A DNA stretch of 62,972 bases, filler included, from Trichosphaerium sp. ATCC 40318 (lineage: Eukaryota; Protista; Tubulinea), in NCBI GenBank assembly GCA_038496445.1. It is 5 parts of 5 records of this genome, joined end to end, with 100 filler letters (N's around TTAATTAATTAA, not from the genome) between each part and the next. Parts side by side here need not be neighbours in the genome. Positions count along the whole stretch, not along the records: positions 1 to 18,844 come from JALMLS010000470.1; positions 18,945 to 36,557 come from JALMLS010000018.1; 3 more parts are not named here. One strand, given 5' to 3'. This document shows, piece by piece, positions 11,055 through 23,869 of the stretch. Both the position numbers and the translations under genes were made by a program. The notes below the pieces were generated by a model that did no database searches, was not told where the DNA came from, and worked only from the letters and a program-made list of their open reading frames with translations. How positions within the stretch are numbered: the stretch's first letter is position 1; the number at the start of each line of letters is the position of its first letter.

Positions 11055-13521
11055 TTACTCTTCCATTGCATCGCCTGAAACCTTAGTAGACTCATCTTCA
11101 ACGGAAAGACCTGCCACCATTGTATCCAATGTCACCTTTAGTTCTATTTTTGCAGTAGTTGCATCCTTTCCACCAAGATTACTTGCAAATTCTAAAAAAA
11201 ATTAATCAAAAATGAAACTACCAAAACAGTTTCACTGTCATTACAGTACTTATACACGTGGTACAAAAGAGCGTAGATATTTTGTTACAAATTACAACCC
11301 AAAAGAGGTTCATACCTTTAATATACGAAATGACATCAGCCAAGCTGTGTCCTTGAAGTTCCAAAAGCTCCAAACATTTTTCCTTTAGTTTTTCATTTGA
11401 ACTACACACAATCCCAATAACATAGTCAACATATTGTAGTGTAAATAATCCAGCATCTAAACGTTCCATATAGAAATCTAACTCATCTTCTTCTGTAAGT
11501 TCAAGACCCTGAAGAAAAAGATTAAAAAATACAAGAAAGAAACGAGAATCGAACTCAACAACAAATTTCTCGTCTGCAACCAACTGTCGCCTTATAAAAT
11601 AATGTACATACCTGTTTTACAAGTACATTACGTTGTTTACTTATTTTAGCATCAGCACTACGAACACGTGTGACATATGTATCGTGTAATTCAATGAGCC
11701 TCTCAATCTTTTCAAAATTTGTTTCAGCAAACTTTGCCAAAACTCTACCCCACAAGTTACCTTCTGGAGACAGATGGGTAAACAGTGATGCAATGATAGA
11801 CATGCAATGCTCTAAGAGAAATATTAATATTAACTTAACATTTTTATTTCTAAATCACGTGATTGATTGAACGTACCATCATCTTCTAAAGTTGAAAATC
11901 CTTTTTTATGTTTTTGTGCTCCTTTCTTCATAAAAGCAGCAAAAAGAGTTCCTAATCCAGGTATCTCAACCCATCGTTTACAATTATTAACATCTTCTTG
12001 CATTGCAAAGCTCAATAGCTTAAGTGCGCATTTTCTAGCGAATCTCTTATTCCTACAACAGAAGTTAAGGTACAAAGGCAGTAGCGTCGCGAGCAACAAA
12101 ATGTCAAATGACAGAATTTTTCTTATATTTTTCTGACTTTGGCCGATTAATCGAACTGATTACGTACTTGATAATTTTTTGCATCAAACGTAATCCTTGA
12201 GCTTCAGTAAAGTATTTTTTGTTCTCTTTAAGAACAATAGTATTACATAAACAATTAAACAAGTTCTCAACCATTTCTTCTTCTTCAGATGAAGGAGGGT
12301 TCTTTTTTTGATAAAGAGCAATTGCAGATAATAGCGTATTAATACCATTGGAATCACCAAATTCTATTTGATTTTTCTTTGAGTTTTGTAGTAGAATAAA
12401 GAGAATCTCAGCGCAGTATCTAGGAAGATTGTGAGACGAATACAAAGATGTTTTATAATACCATACCCTTTAATCTCCTCGAATTTCGGCTTTTTTAAGC
12501 GGTTCAAGAGCCATTTCATGATAGAAGTCTTTTCTACTAAAGAGCGTGCAAGAAGTGGTTCAATTTCAATTATATTTTCAACAATTTCCAGAGTAGCAAA
12601 AACACCTATGATCGAAATTAGATGTAAAAAAAAGTCATGACATTTTACCTTTTTTATCTTCGAATTGTGACTCATCAAAACGGTGTATTGTTTGTATAAT
12701 GCACTCAAGTAGTTGGTTATCAATCTATACATAATAAAAATAAGACAAAAGATTCAATACTGGTCATAAGTAATGACAACAATGAGAATAACCGAAAGAC
12801 AATTCAGTCAAAAAAAGTAAAAGAAAAAATAAAACAGCACAAGAAACTCACCATTTTCTCTACCAAATATGACACCTGGTCTGGAGCATCCTCTTCGTTT
12901 GTATAAACACTTTCATCGGTCAAATCACGTATAAGTGTAATCACATCAATGCAAATGTCAGTATTCTCATGTTGGAATAAGGAAAGCAAGGTTTCATGGC
13001 ACTTGAGGCGGACTAGTTCTCTAGTTGATAAATATTAGCGGGCGGTTTTGTAGCTTAGCAGACGGGATTTGGCGTAAAACAACATAAAACCAATCATATG
13101 AAGTTAGGTATTACTTACGGGTACAAATAAGGGTTCGTTGCGATTTGTGTGAAGTCCTTTATGGCATTATCTAGTTCTATCTCTGACGTGACAAATCTGA
13201 CATTATTAGCGCTTATTCGGGCGATTGAGCGTACTTTTCAGGCTTACTGGCAAATTTAATGCGCATTTGTTGATTTCTGGTTAATACGCGCTCTAGATTA
13301 AGAACCAAGCGCTTAAGACCTGTTAAATCCACTTCTTGTACCTATCCACTCTGTTAATAAACAAATACTGGCTATAGGTCTGTACGAACATCCTCTGCTT
13401 GGTCTAATAGCCGTTGAATGGTTTCTTCATCAAGGTCTTCCAAGTCCACTTCATCAAGGTCTATTTCAGCAAGGTTTGCTCCATCATCTACTTTCTGGCG
13501 CTTCGCTGGTCTAGCTGTCAT
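11055..13521 (-). CDS. CTNNBL1: Beta-catenin-like protein 1 (spliceosomal), multi-exon
   Basis: Spliced translation includes RNQQMRIKFASKPEKFVTSEIELD, LFQHENTDICIDVITLIRDLTD, EEEEMVENLFNCLC, KFAETNFEKIERLIELH and YMERLDAGLFTLQYVDY. Confidence 0.92.
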
Positions 13522-13662
13522 TTTGCAATGATTACGCTTTGCTTTCGACACGTTAGAGCTTCGATAAGGCAGGAGGACTTAACATTGCGATAGAAAGTTT
13601 TTTTTGTTCGCCCCGATACCATACTAGAGCACACGAGTGACTTGTTTGCAGTATACGAACCA
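13522..13662. promoter_or_regulatory. Putative ~140-bp bidirectional promoter between CTNNBL1 and TMEM135-like
   Basis: Divergent start codons at 13521(-) and 13663(+). Confidence 0.5.
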
Positions 13663-15386
13663 ATGGGAAATAACACAAGCACTTTACCTGACGATAGGCG
13701 CACAGCTAGGAAAGAACTGATATCGGCACTTGAAGGCTTTACAAAAGGTATAAATAGTGAATATAAGCAATAATAACGCTCGTATAAAGGGTTTTGTGTA
13801 AGTTTTATACCAACATGCCTGTTAAAGCGGAGAGTTACCGGTATTCGACGTGCTCTCGCGTTGGGAACATTCTGTGGAGGATTTCGTGCAGTGACATCTC
13901 TTATGACAGAATTAAAACGAAGTGAGTGAAGCCGGTTATGTATTTTTCTTTAAAGTATCGCTATCAATTTACTCAACGACCACCCCTATTTTGGGTAAAA
14001 TTACATTTCCCAACAAAAACTCCACGTGCTGCTTTTGGAATATTCACATGCGCATTATCAAAGGAAAACAGATGCCTGACTTGTCTGAACGACTTCAATT
14101 GGCTATATCTTCGGCGATAAGCATGACAGCTGCTCTAGTGGTTGACGGTGAACTTCACCTATCATCAATTCTTGTAAACTGGTAAGCAAGTGCTGCTAAG
14201 AAGCATTGGCTTCTTTCAAACTTGTACTCGCTTTCTAACCTTCTTTTATAAAGGTTTTTGGTTCGTGGTATTCGCACTGTAACACCTGAAGTGCCTTATG
14301 GCGCTACTATAATTGTTTGTATTGCTGCTAGTCAGCTAATTTCCACATGGTTGCAAGCTCCAGATGAACTACATCCCTCCTATATCAAATTCATGAACTT
14401 TCATAGTGGTCAGACTATCGATACACTTCGTATATTACAAAACCATCGTGGTGATAAGCTTGATGTTTGTAGTATTACACATCCAGGTACCATACAATTC
14501 AGCTGTTGAACAACTCTTCTCGAGCAGAAGTTCAGTCGAAAACAACCACAACATCTTAATGGCTCGTCGTGGTGTTCACCACGTGCTGAGGCATTTTTTT
14601 TGATTTTTTTTTTTGTTGTAATCACGTGTTGCTTTTTACTTACCTACTAAAAAAGGTAAGTCACACTTGATGTATAATGTAGAATATTTTATATCTGAAC
14701 TTAAAAGAGCAATACCTACATACCTTCCATTGTATTTGATATTCTATGCTCTTTCAAAACACAAGAACAAAAGTATTATTCAACTCATGTTAAATGTACT
14801 ACGTTCAAGTATATTCTTAACAACAATATGTGGATTGGGATGGGCATCTGGATGTGTTTATTACCCCTTAACTGGAAGAAACTTCACTCGTACAAACTTA
14901 TTCAGCCACTCGTGCGTTTTTCTTTTGCTTATCTTGATGTTTTGTTGACCAATCCTGTTTTAGGTGGGTAGCTGGTTTGGCAACCCTAATAGAGAGGCCA
15001 AATAGAAGAAAAGAACTTGCCGCTTATGGTATCACATACGCTATTGACTCAGTGTATACATACTTGAGAAAGAGAGGTACAGAAACACTCCACCTTGTGT
15101 TGCGTTAATTAACTCTTATGAAACAGGGTACCTGGGTCATCCACCAGCTTGGGTTAGTGGTGCACTTATGGTAATATCTTTAGCAATGATGATGTATCGA
15201 TTTGATCTACAACCAGGTTAGTACATGAGATTATTGTTTACAAAAGTTTGGGCTTTTTTAACGTATTGTTTTACAGGATTCATTACAAAGTGGTTGCTCA
15301 ATATTGACAAGGATAAAGTTCTTGGCATAAAAAAAGACGACGAGGATGACGTGTCAAGTCCAAGACAGCTAAGGCATACGACATGA
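13663..15386 (+). CDS. TMEM135: TMEM135/PMP52-like membrane protein, multi-exon
   Basis: Motifs include ALGTFCGGFRAV, QLISTWLQAPDELHPSYIKFM, CSITHPG, RSSIFL and LIERPNRRKELAAY; hydrophobic segments. Confidence 0.75.
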
Positions 15387-15649
15387 TCATGTCCCTTGTT
15401 AAAATAAGTAATTCTAGTAAACCCTTTGTTTATATCCAATAATTTTCTAGCTACTTTGTGTTGTTTTAGACAAGTTACTCTACTCTATTTCCATAAAGTA
15501 GAAAATAGAGTATTAAGCTGAAGTAGGGTTACACTATCACTAGGATCGCTCTTAAAAAAGTTGACCTACGATGGTATATATTGATGGAGAGATAAATATA
15601 GTGACAACATTTGCAGTAACTTTTTCTCTATTTTATAATTTGTTTTTTA

Positions 15650-17096
15650 TTATGTTGAAGGTACAATAGCTTGAGGACAGTTAAAGTAAAAATCAGGATC
15701 ATAATCAGCTTTGATACTCTGTAACCTAGGATAATTCTCGCCGTAATAATGTTTAACTGCGTCATCTAAGTACAGTATAGGTACATTTTGATAAACCTCA
15801 AAACTTCCATCTTCAGAGAACATTGGAATAATCACTTCCTCATACACATGTTTTGACCATTCTTCAACATCAGAGATCTCCTTCTGATAAGAAAAAAAGA
15901 TTGTACCAAGTTCAAGAGACATAAGAGATGACCTATGGACATACGCTGTATCAGTCCTGCTACGAGACATACTCACACCGCCAGATAAATAAAAATGAAA
16001 ACCAAAATGAACACTTTCGCTCAAGTTTGGTGCACTTTGTACTGCCTCTAGTAACTTTTCTAAATCGGAAATAGTTGGATATCTCTTGATCTCAATCTCA
16101 TTCCATCCAGCGTAGTATATGTGTTTTCCTACTTCATTCTCATACCCCATTCTATAAGCCTCATATGGACTTATTGTGTACTCCTTGTAGTCAGATACAG
16201 CAATATTTTTTAAGTTGTTTTGCGCAAACAATCTTCCGCTTGCTGAGTTGCCAAACCACCAGCCGTCTAAAGATGCTGACCCATTAAGGTTTAGTGAAAA
16301 CGATCCACTAAACTCTTTTGGTGTATCTACAGCATACATTCTTTGAAAGGCGGTTATAACATCTTCTCTAGCAATAATGCATTCGAAGCTTCAACTAAAT
16401 AAGTACACCATTTTTTATTCAAGTTCGTACCGCAGAACTGATGGCACCGGTTTCTTTGGTAGCACAATATCATGACCGACAACCGAGTCTAAACCAACAC
16501 CATAAGATCTCTGAGAAGGGCTCTGACCACCTCCTTGAAGAAATCCACCAAGCCTTACTCCAGCAGCTGAGCCCCACGTCATGAACAGGTTGTGTTCTTC
16601 GCAGAAATCCACTAATTGTGACATGTTTGTGCCTTTAATGACCGTATTAGTAATATACGTCCTAGTGAAAGTTTTTCAAACCTGGGCCAGCGGTAGCTGT
16701 CGATGTATTGTAATTATAAGTGATTGAGTTCAATCGTGATACATCAATAACGACACGATTGTCAAGAACTGATAGCTGAGGATAACTATGGCCAGAAGAA
16801 CGCACAACGATACAAACAGAAGCTTTCCTGCTAGTAAGGACTGACCATCGAACATCTTGTACCGATGTAGCGTATACAACACCAAAAGGATTACGCTTGT
16901 CCTCTAGATTCCACGATAAAGTTGAGTTAACGAACGGAATATCACCACGCTTGACAATACTAGCGCGTTCATTCAAACCAGCTCTTAGAGACGTCCAGAA
17001 GTCATTCTGAGGGTACATTACTGTACAATCAAAAGCGAATGCTACTGATAACATTAACAAGCACAACAGGACATTGTATCCATCAGAACGACGCAT
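15650..17096 (-). CDS. Secreted FAD-linked oxidase, berberine-bridge-enzyme-like; possibly internally deleted
   Basis: Signal peptide, RSSGHSY flavinylation motif, VRLGGFLQGGG..YGVGLDSV, and C-terminal YQNVP..YYGENYPRLQSIKADYDPDFYF. Confidence 0.85.
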
Positions 17097-17227
17097 TCCC
17101 ACAAAGAGATTGCTTGTTTTATCAATAAAAAAGCTTGGCTTATCTAAAATTAATATTTAAATAAGGCCAAAATGTCCACGTGATAAAAAAACTAACAAAG
17201 GTTTTTTTTTGTGAGCGGTTTTTTCTT

Positions 17228-18844
17228 TTACCACCACTGTTTTAAATAATTTACAGCATCTGTGACCTTTTCACCTAATGTCTTTTCTTTTGTATCCTTG
17301 TTGTTATTGTCATCTTGGCTTAAAATGTGTTTCTTAACTTCTGTATCTTCTTGAACAACTTCATTATTCGAATTTTGTTGTTCAACTCCTTCTTTAACAT
17401 CATCTTCACCTATTACTTCTACTGACTCATCTTTTTCTTTTGTTTCTACTTGATCATTACCAACTACTTCATCCTTTACTTCTTCTATACCAGTAACAAT
17501 ATTATTAGTTTCTGGTTTCTTTGGTTTTTTTGGAACTCGTTTAATCATCTGTGAACAAAGCTTTGTGTTAGCTAACATGAATAATAACAACAGAGTCATA
17601 CATGATGCTCATCAAATGATGGAGGAGCTTCCATTCCAGTGACTATAAGAAGTACTTCAATAGCTCCTTCTAAGCCTTCACGTGGTTCAGAAACACCCCA
17701 AAGAATATCACAATCTGGTCCAACACGCTCATATATCGCCTCACTGATACTATTAACTACCTTCATTTTAACATCTGATCCTCCTGTAATACTAATTAAT
17801 GCAGATTTTGCTCCCTAAATACCAGTATTAGAAATAGTTGTTAGAAACAGCCAAAAAAAAATACCTCAATTGAAACATCAGATAAAAGAGGATGATTAAT
17901 TGCTGCTTCTGTAACTTCAACTGCTGCGTTTTCTCCCTTTGCATTTGCCCAAGCCATAAGCGCAAATCCTTGATCTTTAATAGCATTTTCAACATCAGCA
18001 TAATCAAGATTGATAAGGCCTAATAACTGTTAACAAAGCGCACCAATAAAAAAAAGTTGTCAAAAAAAAACACAAGAAGCAACACTTTTTATCACCACGT
18101 GTTCTCTTTGTAGCTCAAGTACACTTACCAGGATATATTAATAAATCACGAATACCCTTAACTCCGTTATACAATACACGATCAACCATCTTGTATGACT
18201 CATTTGCTGTAATATTTGGAGACATTTGAAGTAATTTCTGATTAGATACAACAACAGTAATATCAGTATTACTATCCATCTCTCTTATTCCAGAAAGCGC
18301 AGTTGCAAATCGTTTAGGTCCTTCGTGCTTGAATGGAAGTGTAATGAACCCAACCGTTAAAATGCCCATATCTTTCGCCTTTTGAGCGATGATAGGCGCT
18401 GCTCCAGTGCCTGAAGGTAAATAAGAAGTTTTTTGCGTATCTTCAAAAGTCTCACTGCGTACCTGTGCCTCCACCCATGCCAGCAGCAATGAATAACATA
18501 TCTGTACCTTCTAACTCTTTTTCTACGTCTGCGAGACTATCTTCAGCAGCAAGAGCGCCCTTTTTGATGTCAGGACGAGAACATTAGAAGAGAATAATAA
18601 AATCACCTTTTCAACATCAGCTCCTGTGCCAGCGCCACGAAAACTGTTTTGACTGACTGTCAAGTGGACTTTATGTGGCGCCAACGATTTATGAAGTGCT
18701 TGAGTGTCTGTGTTTACTGCAATGAACTTGACATCTGGTACTTCGTTGGAAATCATTGTATCTACGGCGTTACTACCACCACCTGATAACGGTAAGCGAA
18801 AAAACAATAATAACTGCCAAAATACAGCCTATCCGCTTTCTCTA
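17228..18844 (-). CDS. ftsZ: Eukaryotic FtsZ, probably mitochondrial; multi-exon, 5' truncated at contig edge
   Basis: Motifs [42 protein letters not shown] and [10 protein letters not shown]; spliceosomal introns; acidic C-terminal tail. Confidence 0.93.
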
Positions 18845-18944
18845 NNNNNNNNNNNNNNNNNNNNNNNNNNNNNNNNNNNNNNNNNNNNTTAATTAATTAA
18901 NNNNNNNNNNNNNNNNNNNNNNNNNNNNNNNNNNNNNNNNNNNN
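18845..18944. other. Artificial contig spacer
   Basis: N-run, TTAATTAATTAA (all-frame stop), N-run. Confidence 0.99.
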
Positions 18945-21119
18945 TGTTCTGACAGTATTTTAGTTTCGACAAAAGCTAGTCCTACATGGAATGAAGATTT
19001 CTTGTTTCACTTTACTGATCGCACTCAACAACAACTTGTTTTTATGGCCAAGGATAAATCTCGCATTGGGAGCTATGTACGATTTTATTACAGATTTTTT
19101 ATTATTTCGGATTTTCACTTGTTTTTTTTTCGTTTTGATAATCATTGTTTGGCGTTGAACTCGCAGTTTTTTCCACTAAAATAACTATTGTGGGTACTCT
19201 TTTATGTATTTCATCCATTCAGTATACTCATGCACAATGAAATCGTTTCGTCAGCGTAAAAGAACTGCCTCGAAAAAGTGAACTCTCTTTTTTGTTTTTT
19301 TTTTTCATCTGTGCAAGAATGCTGATGTCTGTGTTTAGATCGGTTTTTCTGTATTAAACTTTGTCGCCTTGGCGCCACACAACCGTGTTGAAAAGACTAT
19401 TGTCCTAAAAGGAGGTGTATCAAGCAAAGCAACGATGAAAGTGTCTTGCAAGTGGATACCAGGCACGTATCTTATGAATATTGCCTTATAAATTAATATC
19501 TACAAAATAGACGGTATTATGCCACGTCAACCCGGTACAACTGCAAAGAGTTATATTCACGTACCACGCCTCAGGTAATTATTAAAAGTTGTTTTTTTTT
19601 AATGAAAAACATTTTGATACATGAATTCAAAGTTTCTCATATTTCTCAGGCTCAAAGTATCCAAAGCAATAGCTTATGCTGGAGAAACACTATCTGGTAA
19701 AGTAAAGTTTAGTGTCGGACCTCCAGTGACAATCAAGGATGGGCTATATGTTAGATTCAGTGGCAAAGTAAGAAACTATTTTTTTTGCTTGTAGTTGACT
19801 TTACATGAATAGGAAGAATTGGATGTAGTTTATCGTGGTGCTGGCCTGTATGGCCAGAATAATATTCTGACAAAAGCTTATGCTGTTGTCACACCAGAGA
19901 AAGGTTCTACTAAAGTAATTGGACCTGGACGCTACAGCTGGAAGTTTACAGTCAAACTACAGTACGTTGAAATTTTTTTCAGAGAACGAGAAGAGGTTAT
20001 CTCTAACGCACTTGACAGTGATCCTATGCCTCCTTCTTTTGTTGATTTCTTTGGTTATATTCGTTATGCATTGTATGCTACAGTAGATAAAGGAAATAAG
20101 TATTACTACAGTGCGTAATATGGATCACAAGCTGCTTTTCTTTCATATTTTTTCTTCACTTCAAAGAAGCTTCTTTGCTCTCTTTGGAGGTTTCTTGCAA
20201 TATAGACTATATATCTTGTTAATAATATTATAGGTTTACCTATAAAAGTCAGTTCACCACATACCGGCATTTTAGCACCAAGGTTTAACCCTGCTAAATG
20301 TCAAAAAGTCATAAAGAAGCATAACGTTGAAGTATTGGTTCGTTTGAGTTCTTGGTGTCTTCTTCTTGGCCGTGATAAGAAAGTTGGCTTCCATATGGTT
20401 AGTTACATACTTTAATATTATGGTTATACATAGATGAGTACTTACGGTTGTTGTAGGAGATGACAAACACGTCATCTCACAATATCGGAAAGGTGAAGAT
20501 AAAGTTTGTTGAAAAACGTTTTGGTATCTCTACAAACGTCAGTGAAGTATTCCAAGACGAGCATATCCTTGCTAAAAGGTATAGAGACTTTATTAAAGGG
20601 TTTTTTTGTAACTTATTCGTGTGTAGAAACCTTGGCGCTGTTTGTCCTGCAAAGGGAGGAAAATTCCAGAAAGATTTCAATATCTCTTTACCAAAGAACT
20701 ACAATCAACCTTCAATCACCAAGGCTCATGGTGGAAAGCGTATATTCATACAGCACTATGTTTCTGTCACTACAAGTACGTTAAATAAGAGTTAAGGAGT
20801 ATTTTCGCCTTCGTATTTTTTTTTTTTTTTTTTTCTATCCTTTTGATGGCCTATCTTTGGACGTAAAAAGCTTCACGTGTTATTTCATCTATTGCATAAT
20901 TATTGCTTTCTTTACACACGTATTTTTATTTGTCTGCAAGACTTTCTTGTTTGGGACTGTGTTTTTTTGAATTTTTTTATTGTTGGTTCTTACTCTTTGT
21001 TTATAGCCAAAACATCGGTTACTCATAAGCACAGACAGACAGTTATTGTTCCTATCAATATAATACAGATAGACCCAGAAAGATTACCGAAGTTCAAGGG
21101 AGAAAAGGATAGTAAATAG
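18945..21119 (+). CDS. C2 domain + arrestin-domain protein, 5' partial, multi-exon
   Basis: C2-like SPTWNEDFLFHF..LVFMAKDK. Arrestin-N AYAGETLSGKVKF..PGRYSWKFTVKL..PPSF..GYIRYALYATVDK. Arrestin-C NTSSHNIGKVKIKFVE..PSIT. Confidence 0.78.
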
Positions 21120-22359
21120 TAGATTAATACTAAGACAACGCCGGGGCATGGTATGTTTTAATAAAGACATTTGAGATTGAATCCTTTTAATATACATTAC
21201 GCTCATCTTACGAAGAAAATATTCATGCTGTCGTTGTACTATTGCTGTTAATCCTAGTCGATTTTGGTCGGCGCGAGTAGTTGAGATATTTGTAGATGCT
21301 AGAAATCACAGTAGCAATCTGTTTGTAAGGCTGATAACGCGAAACAAGCTATCGCTTATTGTAAGTAAGCGCACTGTCGGCTATGAGTTTGTACTTGGTC
21401 AAAACGCCTGGAAAATCATTAAATAGCAACAAAAACTGTAATTTAGACGCAAATAAGTAGGGCGTTGCGAATAACACAGCCTGTACAAGGATATTTTTGG
21501 AATTGCCGATAATCAGACTCTGTTCATTTAAGCATGGTAAATCTAGGCGCACAGACAAAGCTAACCTAATGGTAGCCTGATAGTTTAACGCCTTTGTAGA
21601 ATTTGGCTCAGGAAGATTTAATTGTACTACTGCATTGGTTTCAGGACGCTTGTGGCGTTGGACTGGAGAATCAGAGTCGCGAATCAAGAGCTGAGTTACT
21701 CAATAATACGACGGTTTACATACCAGGGTACTCAAGCCATGCAGTTTTCCGTCATTATAACTTGGACATTAGGCACCTAACTATGACCGCAGTTTCGGAG
21801 TGAATTGTTGAGGTTTGAAGTTCTGCCGGCCGTTTCGCGCTTTTAATTCAAATTGCGTGTTATCGTCTGTAATAGCTCCTAATAGATATACAAAGAGCAA
21901 AAATGGCGTGTTGGATTGTTTTGATGAGTTTTAGTAAGCTGTGAAGCTTTTAAAATTATAATCCGACATGAAATACGCAAAACGGACGGAAATACTCGCA
22001 ATTGGTCTTAACGTGCGTAAAGAACCATTAAATGGCAGTTCGGAAAACTAAACAACCAGATCACCTGACGCACTTCAGCATGCGCAGTAACTTGCTCAGT
22101 TATAACAATTGCATGTAGGAAAAGTGGATTTATACGCAATGCGTATTTTTATTCGTTTTTTTTGTATTCGGAAAATAAAACTAAATTACTTCACGTTTTA
22201 CTGGCACAACAAAATACTCTTCGTTTCGTTATCGAACGCTCAGAATACCTCCAAAACAAGGTTTAGATGCTATGTGGGTGCATTTGTAGAGAATTAGAGA
22301 AAACCACAATAATTGTTGATCATAGATTTGGCAAGTTAAAAAGGAAATTTTTTTTTAAA

Positions 22360-22960
22360 GCTACCAGTGGTCGTTCCGCACAAACATCCCCTTATCTGAT
22401 CACCCAGTACACACAAAAACTTGCGATATCATCATACCTGCGTTTCACCAGATTCCCGACGCAAGGTGTACAAAGGAAATATGGCCCAGGGGGCAACAGT
22501 ATCGCCCTACTGTTGTGGTGGAACGGGTAACATGCTCACTGGACTTAATACCTCCGGTTTGGGAGCAGTGGTAATATAATGTAGTATTACTTCAAGGGAC
22601 TCGGGAGGGTTTGATATGTCTCAGGGTTGTAATACCTGTAACTCTTTTTTTTTCTTTCTTTAGATATTCTCATTCCAAGTACGTGCTATCTTCTACATAG
22701 CCGGCTTCAACTGGGTCTTTGCCTATACCTCCTGGACACTACCGTGTTTTTAGTTTCTCCACAGCAGCGTTGCAATTGTCCATGAAAACTCCGTAAATGG
22801 ATTTGACGTTAACAACAAAGTTACGGGTATGGCAAGGCTACTCATACATGATGTTATGTCAAACTTGCATTTGTTGATTGTTAAAAGCGTGGTAACAAAA
22901 TTAAAGTGCTCTCTTGTAAACTGAAACTTCGCACATGTGCTGTATCGAACGAATTCGGTG
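22360..22960 (+). pseudogene. Possible decayed gene, weakly resembling an Ntn-hydrolase (acid ceramidase-like) segment
   Basis: Frame fragment GTGNMLTGLNTSGLG with internal stops and an intron-like segment at ~22626-22663. Weak recognition only. Confidence 0.2.
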
Positions 22961-23869
22961 TTTAAGAGGTTTGGTGATACCATAACAAATCCGTAAAAAA
23001 AAGACAATAAAAAAGTAAAAAGCTGCTGAAATACTTCAGCCTTGTTTGGTTGTACGTGGAGGTTTTTGTAAAAGGGGACATTTTCACAAATACAGCACAC
23101 GGAGAACCGTTAACAAGCTACTACACAATTTTGAACTTTCTCTTTTGACGACTTTTCTTGCAATCACGTGCTTTTACATTTGGTCGGAGCTGTTGTTTAT
23201 ACTTTACTGTCGCTATCCGTTTTGCGTTTGTTACAATAATTTAAATAGCGTCTTAATGATGTGATACATTGACAGTGTTGACAAGGTTCATTGCTGTATA
23301 CGTTCTGAAACTTTTCAATGTTTTTACACTTTTGTCTTCCACATAATTTTCCTGGTTCATCCGATAATGTGAGAGTAGAACTCAATAGCAGTACACGCGT
23401 TTTTTGGTTGTTACTTAGAACACTCTCAAAAGTGTCATGAAGTTTTGGAAGCAAAACTGTTCGGAGTTTTTTCGACAATGTGAAGCCAAACTAGTGTACG
23501 AGCGTCTGTTTATTGTGACGACGCGATATGTCTAGTGTTGGCAGAACGAAATTCATTGTGACTTTTTTATGGCTAGTACTTTGAGATTAGCAGTATTAAA
23601 GACGATATTGCAAGGTATTCGTACAACGTGATAGCGCGACATAATTCTCTTTTTGTTAGCCAAAAAATTACTAGCGCAAAAAAAGGTTGTCGCGACAATC
23701 TTTTGTTCACAAGTGCACATGATGAACAAAAGCTCCGTTCATACTGTACTTCCTATTCCACACATACAACATCTCTTGCTTTGATAAATTGTATCAGTCA
23801 CGTGGTACGTAATGAACAAAAAGCTAAAAAGCGAGAACGAAGGAAAAAACTAATCGCGGTTTTAGGAAA

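Noticed and set aside
17228-18844. Bacterial contaminant ftsZ
   Set aside because: Interrupted by several spliceosomal introns and flanked by eukaryotic genes.
18845-18944. TTAATTAATTAA as a biological repeat
   Set aside because: Identical N-flanked all-frame stop linker occurring four times; an assembly concatenation artefact. Adjacency across spacers is meaningless.
21349-21803. Opposing short ORFs as genes
   Set aside because: No recognisable motif or consistent splice model.
22480-22655. Structured ncRNA (hairpins CAACAGTA/TACTGTTG and GTAATA/TATTAC, then a T-run)
   Set aside because: No tRNA, snRNA, SRP or RNase P/MRP motif recognised. The T-run ends in TAG like an intron acceptor and the region looks like decayed coding DNA.
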